Origin: Auanema rhodensis
Taxonomy: Eukaryota; Animalia; Nematoda
Direction of reading: 5' to 3'
NCBI GenBank assembly: GCA_964057225.1
Contig: OZ059894.1
Span: 10,106,001-10,170,000 of the forward strand
DNA length: 64,000 nt
Positions 35,401-48,193 of the stretch are shown here, piece by piece. A model generated the notes under the pieces. That model was given only the letters and a program-made list of their open reading frames with translations. It had not been told where the DNA came from and did not search any database. Position numbers and translations under genes: made by a program. The first letter of the stretch is position 1; each line of letters begins with the position of its first letter.

Positions 35401-38303
35401 TGGAAATCGCGGCTATATGCTCGATCTGATGCTTCTATGGTCGTCAAGAGAGACGAAGCAGGAAGAATAGAATCAAAGTCCGGTGCAACACAATAGAGAA
35501 AGACAGAATGTAACTAAGAGAGAGAGAGGGGGAGAGGATGGTATAACGAATACGAGACATGAAGAGAATAGAATAGAAAGGTAGAGTAAGAGTAAGATGA
35601 CAGCAGAAGGGTATAATAAGCGATGACAAGGTAAAATTTGAATGAACTTACGTTGAAAGTGATGTTGCTGAACGAACTAACACGACTTCTGAAACTCTGG
35701 CTGAAGCTAGGTGGCAGACGGTGAGAGACAGAGAGAGAGATTGCGAATCTGGAACCAAATGCATGTTAACGAGTCAATAGATATGAAAACGGAGAAATCA
35801 GTAAGAGACATGAAGTTTATACAGTTGCAATGGAATAACCAAATGAAGTTGGTTGAAATGAATGAAAACGAAGATGAGGATGATGACGATGATGGTGGTG
35901 GTGCTAGTGGTGAAGATGATGATGTTGATGACGAAGTAGGAAAGGAGGATGGTGAAGAAAGAGACGACGAAGACGATTCTCGCGAGGACAACAGTCAACA
36001 GATAGAGAGAGCAGGGGTACGGAACAACAGGGCAAGCATCCGAGCGCAGTAAAGTGGCTCGATAACGGGTAACAGCGGTAGCAACACCATCGTGGGTCGT
36101 CCGTCTCCGGAAGTAGGAGAGAAGAGAACTATGGTATTTTCGACTGATTGGTTTGTTGCTAAGGCGAAATGTGGACGAGCGTTAGATGAAAGAAGAAGCT
36201 TTACAAGAAGGACAAGAAGAAGAATAAACGGAGAACAGTAGTGGGGTGAAAAGCGAAGAATGACTGAAGGCAAAGTGAAGTATTGATGTCAGGTAACACA
36301 GCTGCAGAAGTTCAACAAACGTCCACCAAGTGAATATTCTCTTTTGAGTCGCGTGATGTCGAGAAAGAATAAGCTGAAAGGCCTCCTGCAGAAGGAAGTG
36401 AAGCAAGGATGAAGCCATACATCTTACATATATCTATGAGGCTTCATATCTCAATCAGTAGCTATAAGCAGGTGGCAATAGCAACAAGCTGAAGCCGTGC
36501 TTCTTAACATATCGATAGTTTATTTAAGCGAAAGATGTTCTGAGACCAGAGACCATGTGAGGCACCAGGAGACCTAAATATGAAGCAAAAGCTAAAGTGT
36601 AGGGAAGAAGGAGACAAAAAAGCTTGTTCAGAAGAAATTCCAAGGGAAAGCTACCACAGCACATTCGCTTGACAGTCAAATGACTCTCATCATAGCTCAT
36701 GCAAACGAGAATAGGAAGAGAAGAAGTCTAGACGATGATGCGTCATCACGACAACTGCTGCAGTGGCAGCAGCAACAGCAGAAGAAAGAACTTCAAGGAA
36801 TTCAGAATGAGAAAAGTTGAAAGCAGGCTTTAGATGCGAGAGAGACATTCAGCATTATGCTTATAACGCCTTTAGATTTAGAAGATGCTCCGTTGTCAAG
36901 GATGAAAATGTTGAACATTATACGATAAGTATTAGATAGTCATAGATGATTAAAAGACGAAATGATTTGAAAAGACGGCTTAAAGAAAGATTAATCAGTC
37001 TCCCTCTTTCCCTCTCTCTCTAACAATCTCTCCCTTCGATACCGACGCTCTTTCTCTCTCTATCTCTCTCTTTCTTTATATTTCTTTAGTAATAACGAAA
37101 GGATTCAATAAAACATCATCTGGATATCCAACAGAAGTATTGGCTAATCTGTAGCAGATACTAATCAACGTATTGGCACCAGAAGACATTCTCTATTATC
37201 TTTCGTAGTCTTCATACTTAGACAGATCCTCAACGTCGACCTGATTCTTTTCGGTCGTATGGCCCAATAGGCTTTAAAGAGTTGGAGGTGCTCGTATGGG
37301 CGACCTAGAAAAACAACAGCCGGACGCATATAAGGACCTCTTTCACTGTCTATCTGACATAACAGCAAAGCAACAGATTTTAGATTATATCTCTCATAAC
37401 ATGTTCGAATTGCCTCCCCCCCCCGTGCTCAAGAAGTATGGAGCTAGAAAAAGACTTATTTTTCTTGTTGCAAAGTTTGTTAAATACTTGATGATCAGCA
37501 AGAGCTAGGCAACTTTGCTTTCGCTTTTGACTTATGGTCCGTCGAAATTGCTTCAGTCGAGGAGTTGAAACCAGCCGGTTGTCCAAAGTGAAATGGAACT
37601 ACTAGGATCTCCAGGAGATGAAGACGAAGGTTGAAAACGTTTACCAAGGGATAGACAGCCATTCAAGAAACTGAAAGACAAAGACACGTCACTCCTTTAA
37701 CTTTGAAGATCTTTTCCAAGTTTTTCGTTTTAGAAAAACGAAAAGACTTGGGTATGATGGCAGCTGTGACCCTGTGTCTTCTTCTTCTTCCAGAAGATGG
37801 GCGATGAGACGACAGAAGATAATCGAAAGAGAAACGAAACTGAGAGGAGAAAGGCCAAGTTGAAAGTAGAAAGCAGCAGGCCCGAGAACGGGATAGAAAA
37901 AAGCCAAGGAATGAGAAGAAGGAGAAGACGGCTAGTTGAACAAAGCAGCAGTTTGTAGACTACCACATCTTCGAGCACATAATTACGTCGTCATTTCGCT
38001 TTTCTCTGTTTCTCTTTCAACTTCCTTTACCAAATTCTTTCTATCAGAAAAGATTGAAAAGGCTCTGACACATTCTCATCAAAACCTCTCATCAACTGAT
38101 TTAGAATCAGATATACATGCATATATAGATAGAGATACACACATCATTTCTCACATATTCGCTAACATAGCGACAATCACAACGACAACGACAACGACGA
38201 CGACGACGATCATCATCATCATCATCATCACAACGGTGTTAGTGGTGATGATGATGATGTTGGCGACTACAATGCATCTGGTTGTCGAGCAGGGAGAGAT
38301 ATA

Positions 38304-38305
<2 letters not shown>

Positions 38306-38374
<69 letters not shown>
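38306..38374. repeat. (TC)n microsatellite
   Basis: Direct reading of the sequence. Confidence 0.95.
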
Positions 38375-39074
38375 CATCCTTTTGTCGGCATGATCGAGGC
38401 CAAGCTATCGAGAATATACATAGAATGAAAGAGAATATCCAGATGTTGATAATAACAGCAAATCTGACTGGATAAGTCAAATTAGAGAGAAATAATCCAA
38501 AATCATCGGCTCATTATCAATATGAGTGTTCTGATAAAGTATGAGAGAATCGACGCAGAAGAATGATAGATAGATACATTGATAGATAGATAGATTCATA
38601 CATAGAATTCATCAAACAAATGCTTCAGAAAATAAGATTTTAAAAATAACTTTCATAAGTGAATAACAATACGCACAGCTTTCTGCAGAAAAAAAAAGCA
38701 AAAAGTTGGTTTTCCCAACAGATTTTTCAACTATAAACAATCAAAATGATGACATGCCATTTCAACGAATCGCAATACGACATGAGAGGTGGTAATGCTG
38801 ACGACGCCAACGTCGACGACGACATGATGATGATCATGATGATGATCATGATGATGGTTGTGGTGTTGGTGGTGATGGTGATGGTGGTAGTGGTGTTGGC
38901 GGTGCGGATGTCGGCTGCCCGTCATCGGAATTGTTCGAACAGTCAGGTCAACGATCATCATCATGCCTTCAGGTCGTCATAATGTCAGCATAATCATTGT
39001 TAGTGATTCAGATGAAAATTTGCAACGGAGATTACAATCAAAAACATTGTATCATATTATACATCATAGTATCA

Positions 39075-39107
39075 AGTAGTAGTAGCAATAATAGGAGTAG
39101 GAGTAGC

Positions 39108-39142
<35 letters not shown>
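39075..39142. repeat. (GTA)n-type trinucleotide repeat
   Basis: Direct reading; imperfect at the left end. Confidence 0.85.
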
Positions 39143-39143
<1 letters not shown>

Positions 39144-40153
39144 CGTTGACAAGGACGAGGACGACGACAGTGATGGCTGATGATGATGTGATGACGAGGT
39201 CGACGTCCACCTAAGACGACGCTGATGAAGGGGAGGAAGATGGAAAAAACAAATCAGATTCCTCATATAGGATGTAAGACCATATGATCTTCTAAGAGCG
39301 ATGTACAGCTTTCAAATATGAGTCATTTTCAATGATTCATGCTCTTCTTCATCACATCCTCGCCCCCCCCCCCTCCTCCTCCTCTTCTTCTTCCTCCCCC
39401 TTCTTGTTCTTCGCGTCTGTTGAACCAGAGGCATCGCTGCTGTATTCTTCAAATCACATACTATCTACGATTATCGCAGCAGACCTTCAATGTTGGCTGC
39501 TCTCCAAGTCGCCAAACATGGACCACATGTCCAAACTTTGAAAGTTAGTTTGACGGCACTCGAAAAGTAAAACCAAGAGAGAAAATGAGAAATCGAAAGC
39601 GAGAAATGGGGGAATAGAAGAGAAGAGAGAAGTGTGAATGAAGAGAAAATGAATAGGAATTGAAAAAGGGAAATAGAAAAAGGGTATTGCTGAAACAAAA
39701 ACAACCATTTTGTGAGGCTTCCCTCGAATGCAATAAGAGGTTTCACATAGAAATTAGCAGAAATACACGTGAAACGTAAGGTTATAACTAAGTTTATACA
39801 TGATTTTAATGAATAAAAGATCAAAGAAATAAAGAATATTCTTAGAATTATTTGAAATTAGACAGCGTGACTTAGAGGTTGTCTCTTGAACAACGATGAG
39901 CAGAACGAATCGAAATGTTAGTAGTGATGAGCATCATCTTGTGCTTAGCAATAGATTGGAATTTTGGAATTATTTTGAAGTTTGAACCATAATATAATGG
40001 AAAGAAACGAACATTCATACAGTCGTCCGCCCATCCATCTATGCACAAGTGATTCTTTGAATCAAGCGATTCAGACAATCGTGTCTCAAAGACACCACTA
40101 AAGGACGGCGATGGTAGCGTTGGTGGTGCTGGTAGTGATGTTGATGATGATGG

Positions 40154-40184
<31 letters not shown>

Positions 40185-40921
40185 GAAGACGATGAATTGC
40201 TAGGACGACGACGACGTCGACGTCGACGACAATCAGACCAGACCCCATGCGTTTTCTTTCGTTCGCATCTCATCTCTCCGTCTCTCATTCTTGTATTTCG
40301 ATCATCTATCTCGTTGCCACTTTCCATCTTCAACTCTCTCTCATTTTCGTTACGTATTTCACATTCTCCATTTCTCCCTTGTTTCTGAGGCAACAGGATG
40401 ACATCAGGCCCAGACAGACATTAACACTGGCGTGCCTTGAATCAACGTTGTTGAGGCTGAAGGCAACGGCGTCAACATGAGAAGCAAAATAAGTAAACGG
40501 AGGAAAAAAGTAATTTCTGCAAAAGTAGACGCTGTTATGCCGTAGTACTACGATAGTTCTGATTGCTGGTTAATATGTTGAAATATTAGTGAAAAAGAAG
40601 GAATAACAGATGAAAAAATGAAGACAATGTTCTCAAGAATGAATTCAAATGTCATGAAAGTTATAGAAGAAAACGATTTGAAGTTGAATAACCATGATGA
40701 CGACGATGACGATGACTTGAATGTTGAAGATGGAGAAGAAGAAGATCGCGAATAATGAAACGGCGGAGATGATGAAGGAGACGACGAAGAAGCGACAACT
40801 ACGACGTCAACAATAGATTACGATCGCAATAGGCGATAATGTGAGCGACGAGCGCCGATACCACCTTCTGAAGACATTTGACGCTGTGTAGAAGGACTTG
40901 ACGGAGTGAACAAGCAAAGAA

Positions 40922-40923
<2 letters not shown>

Positions 40924-40980
<57 letters not shown>

Positions 40981-41008
40981 GAGAGAGAGAGAGAGGGGGG
41001 AGAGAGAG
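40924..41008. repeat. (GA)n microsatellite
   Basis: Direct reading of the sequence. Confidence 0.95.
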
Positions 41009-44000
41009 ATAGCGTTGAAGGAACACAACACGCAAATACAATTCGTTTTCAGATAGTCAACGGCTGGCAAACTTAGTGAATGTCGTCGGAAATGTGAAGA
41101 AAAGTTGTAATCGACAGATGAATGAATATGAAGTTCTGTGTGTGAATGATCACAACGACGAAGACGACTATCCAGCCTGGCCTTTGACTCGTCTTCTATC
41201 TCGGCATCGTCGTCGTCAGACCCGTCGTTGACGACGTCGGTGAGTAGTGTTGAAGGAAATACGAGAGAGGCGCGCGATTGTCTGAATGACACCAGTGTAG
41301 AATACATAGAGTGGACGGAGAGCCCAGACATCAGATGAGCGCCGTGAGACTAAATGAAAACGAGAGGACAGAGAAAGATGGTTTGGGACCGAATCAACAA
41401 AACGACACCGCCGCGGCGCATCTGTGGAGGGATTCTGCAGACCCCGTAGACTTTGATGATGACGATGTCGATGTCGACAAGAAGTTGGTGTTAAAGAAGA
41501 AAGGGGATATCTGAGAGGAGGATAGAGACAAACGAAAGAAGCAGAGCCACGTCAAGACAACAGTTGAACATCGATTAAGTATCAAGATATCACATCAGGC
41601 ATGATTGAACATGAAATTCAGAATTTCAACCGCAAAAGAAGTTAATTCAGCATTATGAGGTGTCAGAATACCGGAGAAAGTCTGGTAGAATAAACCATAC
41701 TAGCAAGTTGTCGCCGTGAGGCCATGTGAACATCTGGCCAGAGGCTATATCTGAAGAGGTGGAAGCGACAGACGATAGAGGACAGATGACGATATTGTCA
41801 TGAATAGAACGCAGGCGAATCGTCAAGGAGACGACGACAACAATCAGCACGATGATGACAAAGATGGTGACGACAACGACGACGACAACAGCTACAGCCA
41901 GTGAAGAAATGATGTAACGGCTGACAACGTCAATGATTTTCGAGTTGAAAGATATGGTTGGTGGAGAAAGTTCAAAAGAAGAAGAAGAAGATGATGATGA
42001 TGATGAGATGACTCCAGAACGAGTGGAGACAATCCAAATGCGAAATGACTTGCCAAGGCGAAGCATCGTTGAAATGAGCGTATAATGATGAGAATAATAG
42101 TAAATCTATCATCAATTGAGCATTAAGGCACCCAAGTTATTTGCTGTCATCAAGGAGCAAATGATGACTGGTTTAGAACGAAGTTTGACCTAACCATCAT
42201 GTTGTTTCAGCACTGACTGATGATGAAACCTTGCCGAAATCTTAACGTGATCTAAACTGAGGAAGATGATAAAGCTCATGATTTCCATCTATCAATTGCC
42301 GACAAAATCTTTTTAGAATCTATTTTAACAATGAGTGAAGTTCTATCGTCATACTTCCGCCTGTTTCTGAAGTTTGAAGCTATATCCTCTGCTTCTCTCG
42401 TTGCTTGTTGTCGTAGATTCAAAGGCTCAATGTCTTCTAGCTCATGGCTTTCTCAGAGCTTATTCGTCGTCATTTTCTCTGGGCTTTTGCCTCACTTTCT
42501 GCCTTCGTGGCTTCTCTCAGAAGCCAACGAGCAAATGAGAGATGAGAAGTAGAAGAAGGGGAAGAAGAAAAGGAATTGGGAGAGACAAGCTGAATGGCAA
42601 GCAGTAGATGCAGATGCAGAAGAGGAGAGCTTAGAAGATCATCTGATGGCATCCAGATGCTGTTGCCTTCTCTCTAAGTAGTGTTATCCACATAACACGT
42701 ATATTGCTGTAGAAATAACGATATAACAAATACATTTCGAAGCTGAACAGAACAGAAGAGAAACAGAAGACCGTCAATCTGCCAGATTTCGTTCAGCTTC
42801 TCATCAAGAGACATCAGACGTTGCACAGACACATCAATAAGAAGCAGCGCCTGGGAATTTGTGAGCAGCTTGCTTCGTGGTTCCAGGCCTTTGCTCTGCT
42901 ACTGCTCTCCTATTGAAAGAATTAGGAAAATTGTGTAGAAGGTGAAGAAGAAAAGAAGAAGCAAAGGGAGAATTTGGAGGTTGACAGACAGAGAGGGAAG
43001 AAGGGAGAAAAGAGGGGTTGAGAGGTCTGGAAGAGGGGATGATATTGGGGTTTTCAATGAACAGACATGAAGTTTCAGAATATGTAGTTGAAAATACTAG
43101 TTACATCTATGATAATATAGTCGATAGGTCAGGTTTGGCTGAGAAAAGAATGATGAAGTAAAGATATACTAGCGTCATGTTCATGATGTAACTCTTCCAG
43201 AATTGATGAGACTGCCCTTTTCAGAGAAAACAGACAGTCAAGAATTCATACACTAGTATGAAGAACAACTTGTGTATGTCGTTTCCTGGCTCTCATTCTG
43301 AATACATCATCGATGTGAAAGAGAGAGAAGACTTACAACCTTCAGATGGGCTTCCTTTCAGACGACGCCAACATTCGGCTGCGGCTGCAACGACGACTAT
43401 GTCAAGTCTGACCCACTTCAATCGACTGTAGTTAGGGGCGACGACTCCAGGACAACGTCATCTACATGATTGGCTTCTTTTGCTTGGATACGAAGCTGAA
43501 TCTAGTCGAAAAGCCGTGTATAAGGAAGGATTATAGGTTAGAAATTGTAAGCGCTGGGACTTTCGTCAGATGAAGCTATTATGCCGGGAAAAAGCTTCAT
43601 TCTCGGAAAAGATTTGTGAAGCATTTAATTGTATCAAACTGAAGTTATAACAGATCCAAAGAATGAGAGATTATGAAGAGATGTTCAGAGGGAATGATTT
43701 TGATTGTTAACCAAAATTGTACATTTGAAAATCTAGCACACGATTTGATGTTTCATCTTAACGCTCACAAGCTTAAACCAGAATCCTATTCATCAAACCA
43801 AATATCAGGAAATCTCAACCTGATTTTGCTCAGCCTGTTGAAAAGAGAGCAGTTCACTAAGGATATTAATATAAGAAGAACAGAAGACGTGAGATGGGGA
43901 GCGGAGAACTGGAATACACGAGATGAGTTGAAGCCAAAGAAGACTTCCATACTCGATGGAAATAGAAAAAAAGGTTTCTACGTTGGGATTCATAATGTTA

Positions 44001-44774
44001 ATTGTCTCGTTGTCGTCGAATCTTCGTTATGGAATATGGGGGGAGAAGACCAGCTGTTATGACGACGGGGCAAAACGAGGCAAGATACAGAAGTTGATGA
44101 AGACGACGGGGACGAAAAAGAGACGACCAAATGGTAAAAAAGATTTGAAAAAACGTGAAAAATGGATGAAAGACATTGTAAAAGGAGGGAGAAGAAAAGA
44201 AGGTGAACAGATCTAAGATCTGCTTTCTAGTCAATACTTTTCTTTCCTTTTTTCAAGTAAAAGAGAGAATGAAAGAGAGAGATGCAGAGTGAGAGGGGGG
44301 TGAGAGGGGAGAAAGAGTAGAAGAAAGAGAATGGAAGGTTGAAAGGCACAAATGAAAAAGAGAGAAAGAGGAAGAAAATGAATGACAAATTCTACATGAG
44401 GATGAAGAAGTAGAGAAAAGTTGGAGAAAAGAAAGTTTCGTTCAATGTTTTCTTGGCCAATCGAGAGGCCTATGATACCGTACGAGTTGAAATGGAAATC
44501 TCTTCAATCTGGGTTTTGTTCTTGAACTTCTGAAGGCGGCTAAAGCAGAAAAACGAAAAACTTTTCAACTTCACATGGTGATGCAACAAGCAGAGCTGAG
44601 AAGGAATTGGAAATTGCTGTGGCAGAAAACAAAAAAACGAATTCAAGAAGAACCGGATTAGAAGTCTTCATATCACATCACAATATTTAGCAGAGGAAGA
44701 GTAGTATACGATGAGTAGAAGGAGAAGATGCTTCTGCGGATGGTGTTAGTACTTATGATGCTGCCGCTGCTGTT

Positions 44775-44805
<31 letters not shown>

Positions 44806-45723
44806 ATTGTGATGATGAAAACCACAGAGAGATGACGATAACGAATACAATGTATTTGATGACGTCTTCGATGAACGAACGTACGGACTAACAGCCGGTA
44901 TGTTAGAGGAGCAGCCTGAACGTTGTCGGAACGAACTAACCAAGGAATGATCGTTGATGACGACGTTGATGAAGAAGAAGATGAAGGAGATGATGAAGAA
45001 GATGATGAAGACATCGACGTCGAAGAAAATTCTAAAACTACTGATTTTCATAATGACATTCACAACATCATCGTCATCATCCTTCTTCTTCTTCTTCTTC
45101 TTTAATATCAGCATTAGAAAAAAATAAAAAGAAATATGTAGAAGGATTAAAGGAGATGGGAGTGAGAAAAACGCAATTGGAAGTTGAAAAAAAGTTTTTT
45201 TTTTCGCAAGAAAAGTATGGAAGATGAAAAAGACAATACTCATCTTCTTTATCGATTTTCTGATTGGCATTGAGAGGATGTATTTCGAGTTCAAAATAAG
45301 AGAGAAGGAATAGACAAAGCATGAATTTAGGATAAAACATGAATAATATGATTAAAAAGCAAACAAATTACAAAAATAATTACGTAAATAGTTAAATGAA
45401 ACTAAGAAATATTATGAATTTTTATGAAAATTCGTTCATTCGTTCAGATTATATGGAACTATAAAATATTTTTGAGACAAAAAAGTTCAAAAATCGAAGA
45501 ACAATTGATCAAAAAAAAGGAAAGAAAACATCATCATCATCATCATCAACTAATAAAAAACTTTTATAGATATACATAGTTAATTTTATTTAAAAAAACC
45601 ATTTAATTAACTTGTATAATAAGGAAAATCCTTCAATTTCTTATAGAATATCACACCGTTTATCTCAGGGTGTCTTTGTGTATGTGGTTTTGTGAGCTTA
45701 GTTGATGTTGTTGAAAGTGTGGT

Positions 45724-45798
45724 GATGAGGATGAGGATGAGGATGAGGATGAGGATGAGGATGAGGATGAGGATGAGGATGAGGATGAGGATGAGGAT
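45724..45798. repeat. (GATGAG)n hexanucleotide tandem repeat
   Basis: About 12 perfect copies read directly. Confidence 0.95.
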
Positions 45799-47570
45799 GA
45801 TAATGCTGACGTTGATGATATTATCAAACCGGATTAATCTGATTATTGAACTCTTTTCATATTGACTAACAGATATAGTATAAAAATAATTTTTTTCAGT
45901 CTTCCACCGAAAAAACTCAAATTATTCCTAAATGAGCTACAACTTCCGTTTTCCAAGCTAGATATAGATAGATGGGTGGAAAACTATGTATGAACAGAAG
46001 GATATAATCCAGATTAAGATTATCCATAAGTATCACTTCAATCTTTCTTTTCCTCCATTTATTCAACTTCAAAATATAATTATTTAAGTTTTCAGTGAAT
46101 CTTAGATGAAAACGTCCATTTCAGCAGCATCCAACAGTGGGAAGACGAGGTTAATGTACTCAAAATCTTTTGGAAAAAAAAAAGAAACCGATCAAAACTA
46201 CTTCTTTTCAAATGTCTTCTTTCAAACAACAACCGTCATCTCTTAACCCCTTCCTCTCCCCGTTTGTCTCTCTCTTACTCTCTCTCTCTCTATCTCCTCT
46301 ATATTTTTCTCGGAACTATTTCAGGAGCCACAAATCAAGAAAGAAAGAAGACTCACCTTTAACAAAAGAAAAACTTTGGAACTCTTCCCGTTGTTCGGCT
46401 ACACGTGTACTTTGGTCTAAGCTTGAACTTTTATTTAAACAGTAGATTTATTGTAGATTGATCAGAATTTCTTTCAAATCTGAATAAAATAATTTAAATA
46501 ATACATAAATTCCAATTAAAAGTTTAAAATAAACTAAAAAGGATGAGAAAAGGAGCTTTTTTTGAAGAAAGTTCATCGTCTGTTTGAGACGACTGGTGTT
46601 GGCCATCATTTGCAGATGATATGCTATGAATAATTGCCAATAGCTATGTATTTACAATCCAAAATAATCATATAAAGTCATGTAGAAACAGCAATACTGA
46701 TCCAAAACTCTTCCCAAATTCTATTTATCGATTATCAAGAGATAGAGCGCCAATATAGTGCATTTTGGAATGTTGCCAACGTCATCATTAAGCGGTATTC
46801 ATAAACATCATAATACACATAAATTAATTATTATTTGATAAATAAGTTTTATTATTCGTTTATTTACAAATGCAATTCTTTGGTTTCATACATAGCTTTG
46901 AGTTGGAGAGATGTAAACATCTGGAGAAATCGTAGCATCGCAAACTACATGTCTGTGGATCTTCCATGGTTTCGAACCTGTGACGACTGTTCATGTAAGC
47001 TTCTCGTTCAATTATTTGATTCACCCAATGATCAATATTCCCATAATTTGGCTGAAATGTTATTTTTTTCGAAAGTCTCTGAGAAATAACAATAGATAAT
47101 GCCGTTGTTAAACAGGGATTTTGACAGGAAATCTCAAATAAAATACAATACGACTTACATATCCGGTACGATATACATAGCTTGACGAGAAATTTATGAA
47201 AAAATTCAGAAATAGGATGTAGATGATGATCATTTCAAAGACGAAATGACTCTTGCTGACCAATTCAAAGCAATGAAAGCTTATTCTCAAGTTCTCGCAA
47301 GGACAATTGAATTTTGTTTATTTGATTTTGTTTGTTTGTCAACAACAACGAACAATCAATTCAAATGAGTAATTGAATTCCTTTCTCACCTTTTCTAACA
47401 CGTCATCATCTTCACTTCACAACCTTTTGAGCAACTTAGCAACTTAGCAAAAGCGATACTTTCAAAAACAAATAGTTCTGTTCACGTGAAATTCTTTCTC
47501 AAAGAAAGGTGTACGAAATAAAATTGTATTTGATTTGATATAAACATTAGAGATCAGATATAGGCAAAAG

Positions 47571-47926
47571 CTAAAAGTTACATAAATCTGTATCACAGAG
47601 ACAAGTTATGATGTTTGGTCCTGTTCTTCGCTGAATAAGCTTGTTATAGGTTTGAGCACATCCAAGAGCAATATCACTGTTATTGATGGAGATACATTCA
47701 CGGTGTATAGCATGAAGAGAAACTAAAAAGAAAAACTCAAATGAAGAACGATAGAGAGAGAGGGGGGAGAAAGAGAGAGATGATTGAAACCTGGTGAGCT
47801 TTCCTCTATAAGAGCTGTTTTCAAGCAATATCCATCGCAATCAATAGATCCATGATTATCATCCAAACACCGAAAGCATTCAGATGTTTTCAATAGAATG
47901 AGAAGAAGAATGAACTGAATTTTCAT
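47571..47926 (-). CDS. Small secreted Cys-rich three-finger (Ly6/uPAR/activin-receptor-ectodomain-like) protein, 95 aa, 2 exons
   Basis: Exons 47926-47791 and 47722-47571 splice in frame. They give the signal peptide MKIQFILLLILLKTSEC, then FRCLDDNHGSIDCDGYCLKT...RECI...LGCAQ...ITCLCDTDLCNF*. The terminal C-x-C-x2-D-x-C-N motif is typical of this fold. Confidence 0.85.
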
Positions 47927-48193
47927 GGAAACTGATTCGTTTGAAACTGGCAGATGCTGTGATTGAAGAATGATGAAATGAGTGAAAGCCTGATAGGACT
48001 GGTTGCCTGACAGACGATGTCATCATCATCTTTGAGGCAAACAGACGTTCAACGTCGAAAATCTTCAGTGTCGAACAGAAGTTACTGAAAGGTCATACTC
48101 ATCTACTATGGATTCAGATGTTTCCTTTTTCCAAAAAAATAAAATTTTATTTCCACGCAAAGTTCACGTGAAATATTAATTTTCCCGTGTTAA

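Noticed and set aside
37165-37640. Repeat-poor, coding-looking patch (possible transposon relic)
   Set aside because: No transposase or reverse-transcriptase motif, terminal repeat or target-site duplication is visible.
42217-42231. CTGATGA...GAAAC hammerhead-like core
   Set aside because: There is no stem II between the two motifs; other CTGANGA hits I checked also lacked the required helices.
32486-45340. Numerous ORF-track entries with poly-S, -D, -H, -T, -SL or -RE runs
   Set aside because: They are translations of microsatellites and triplet runs, overlap on both strands and lack exon structure.
46560-47160. Exon-like fragments on both strands
   Set aside because: They could not be joined into a consistent reading frame.
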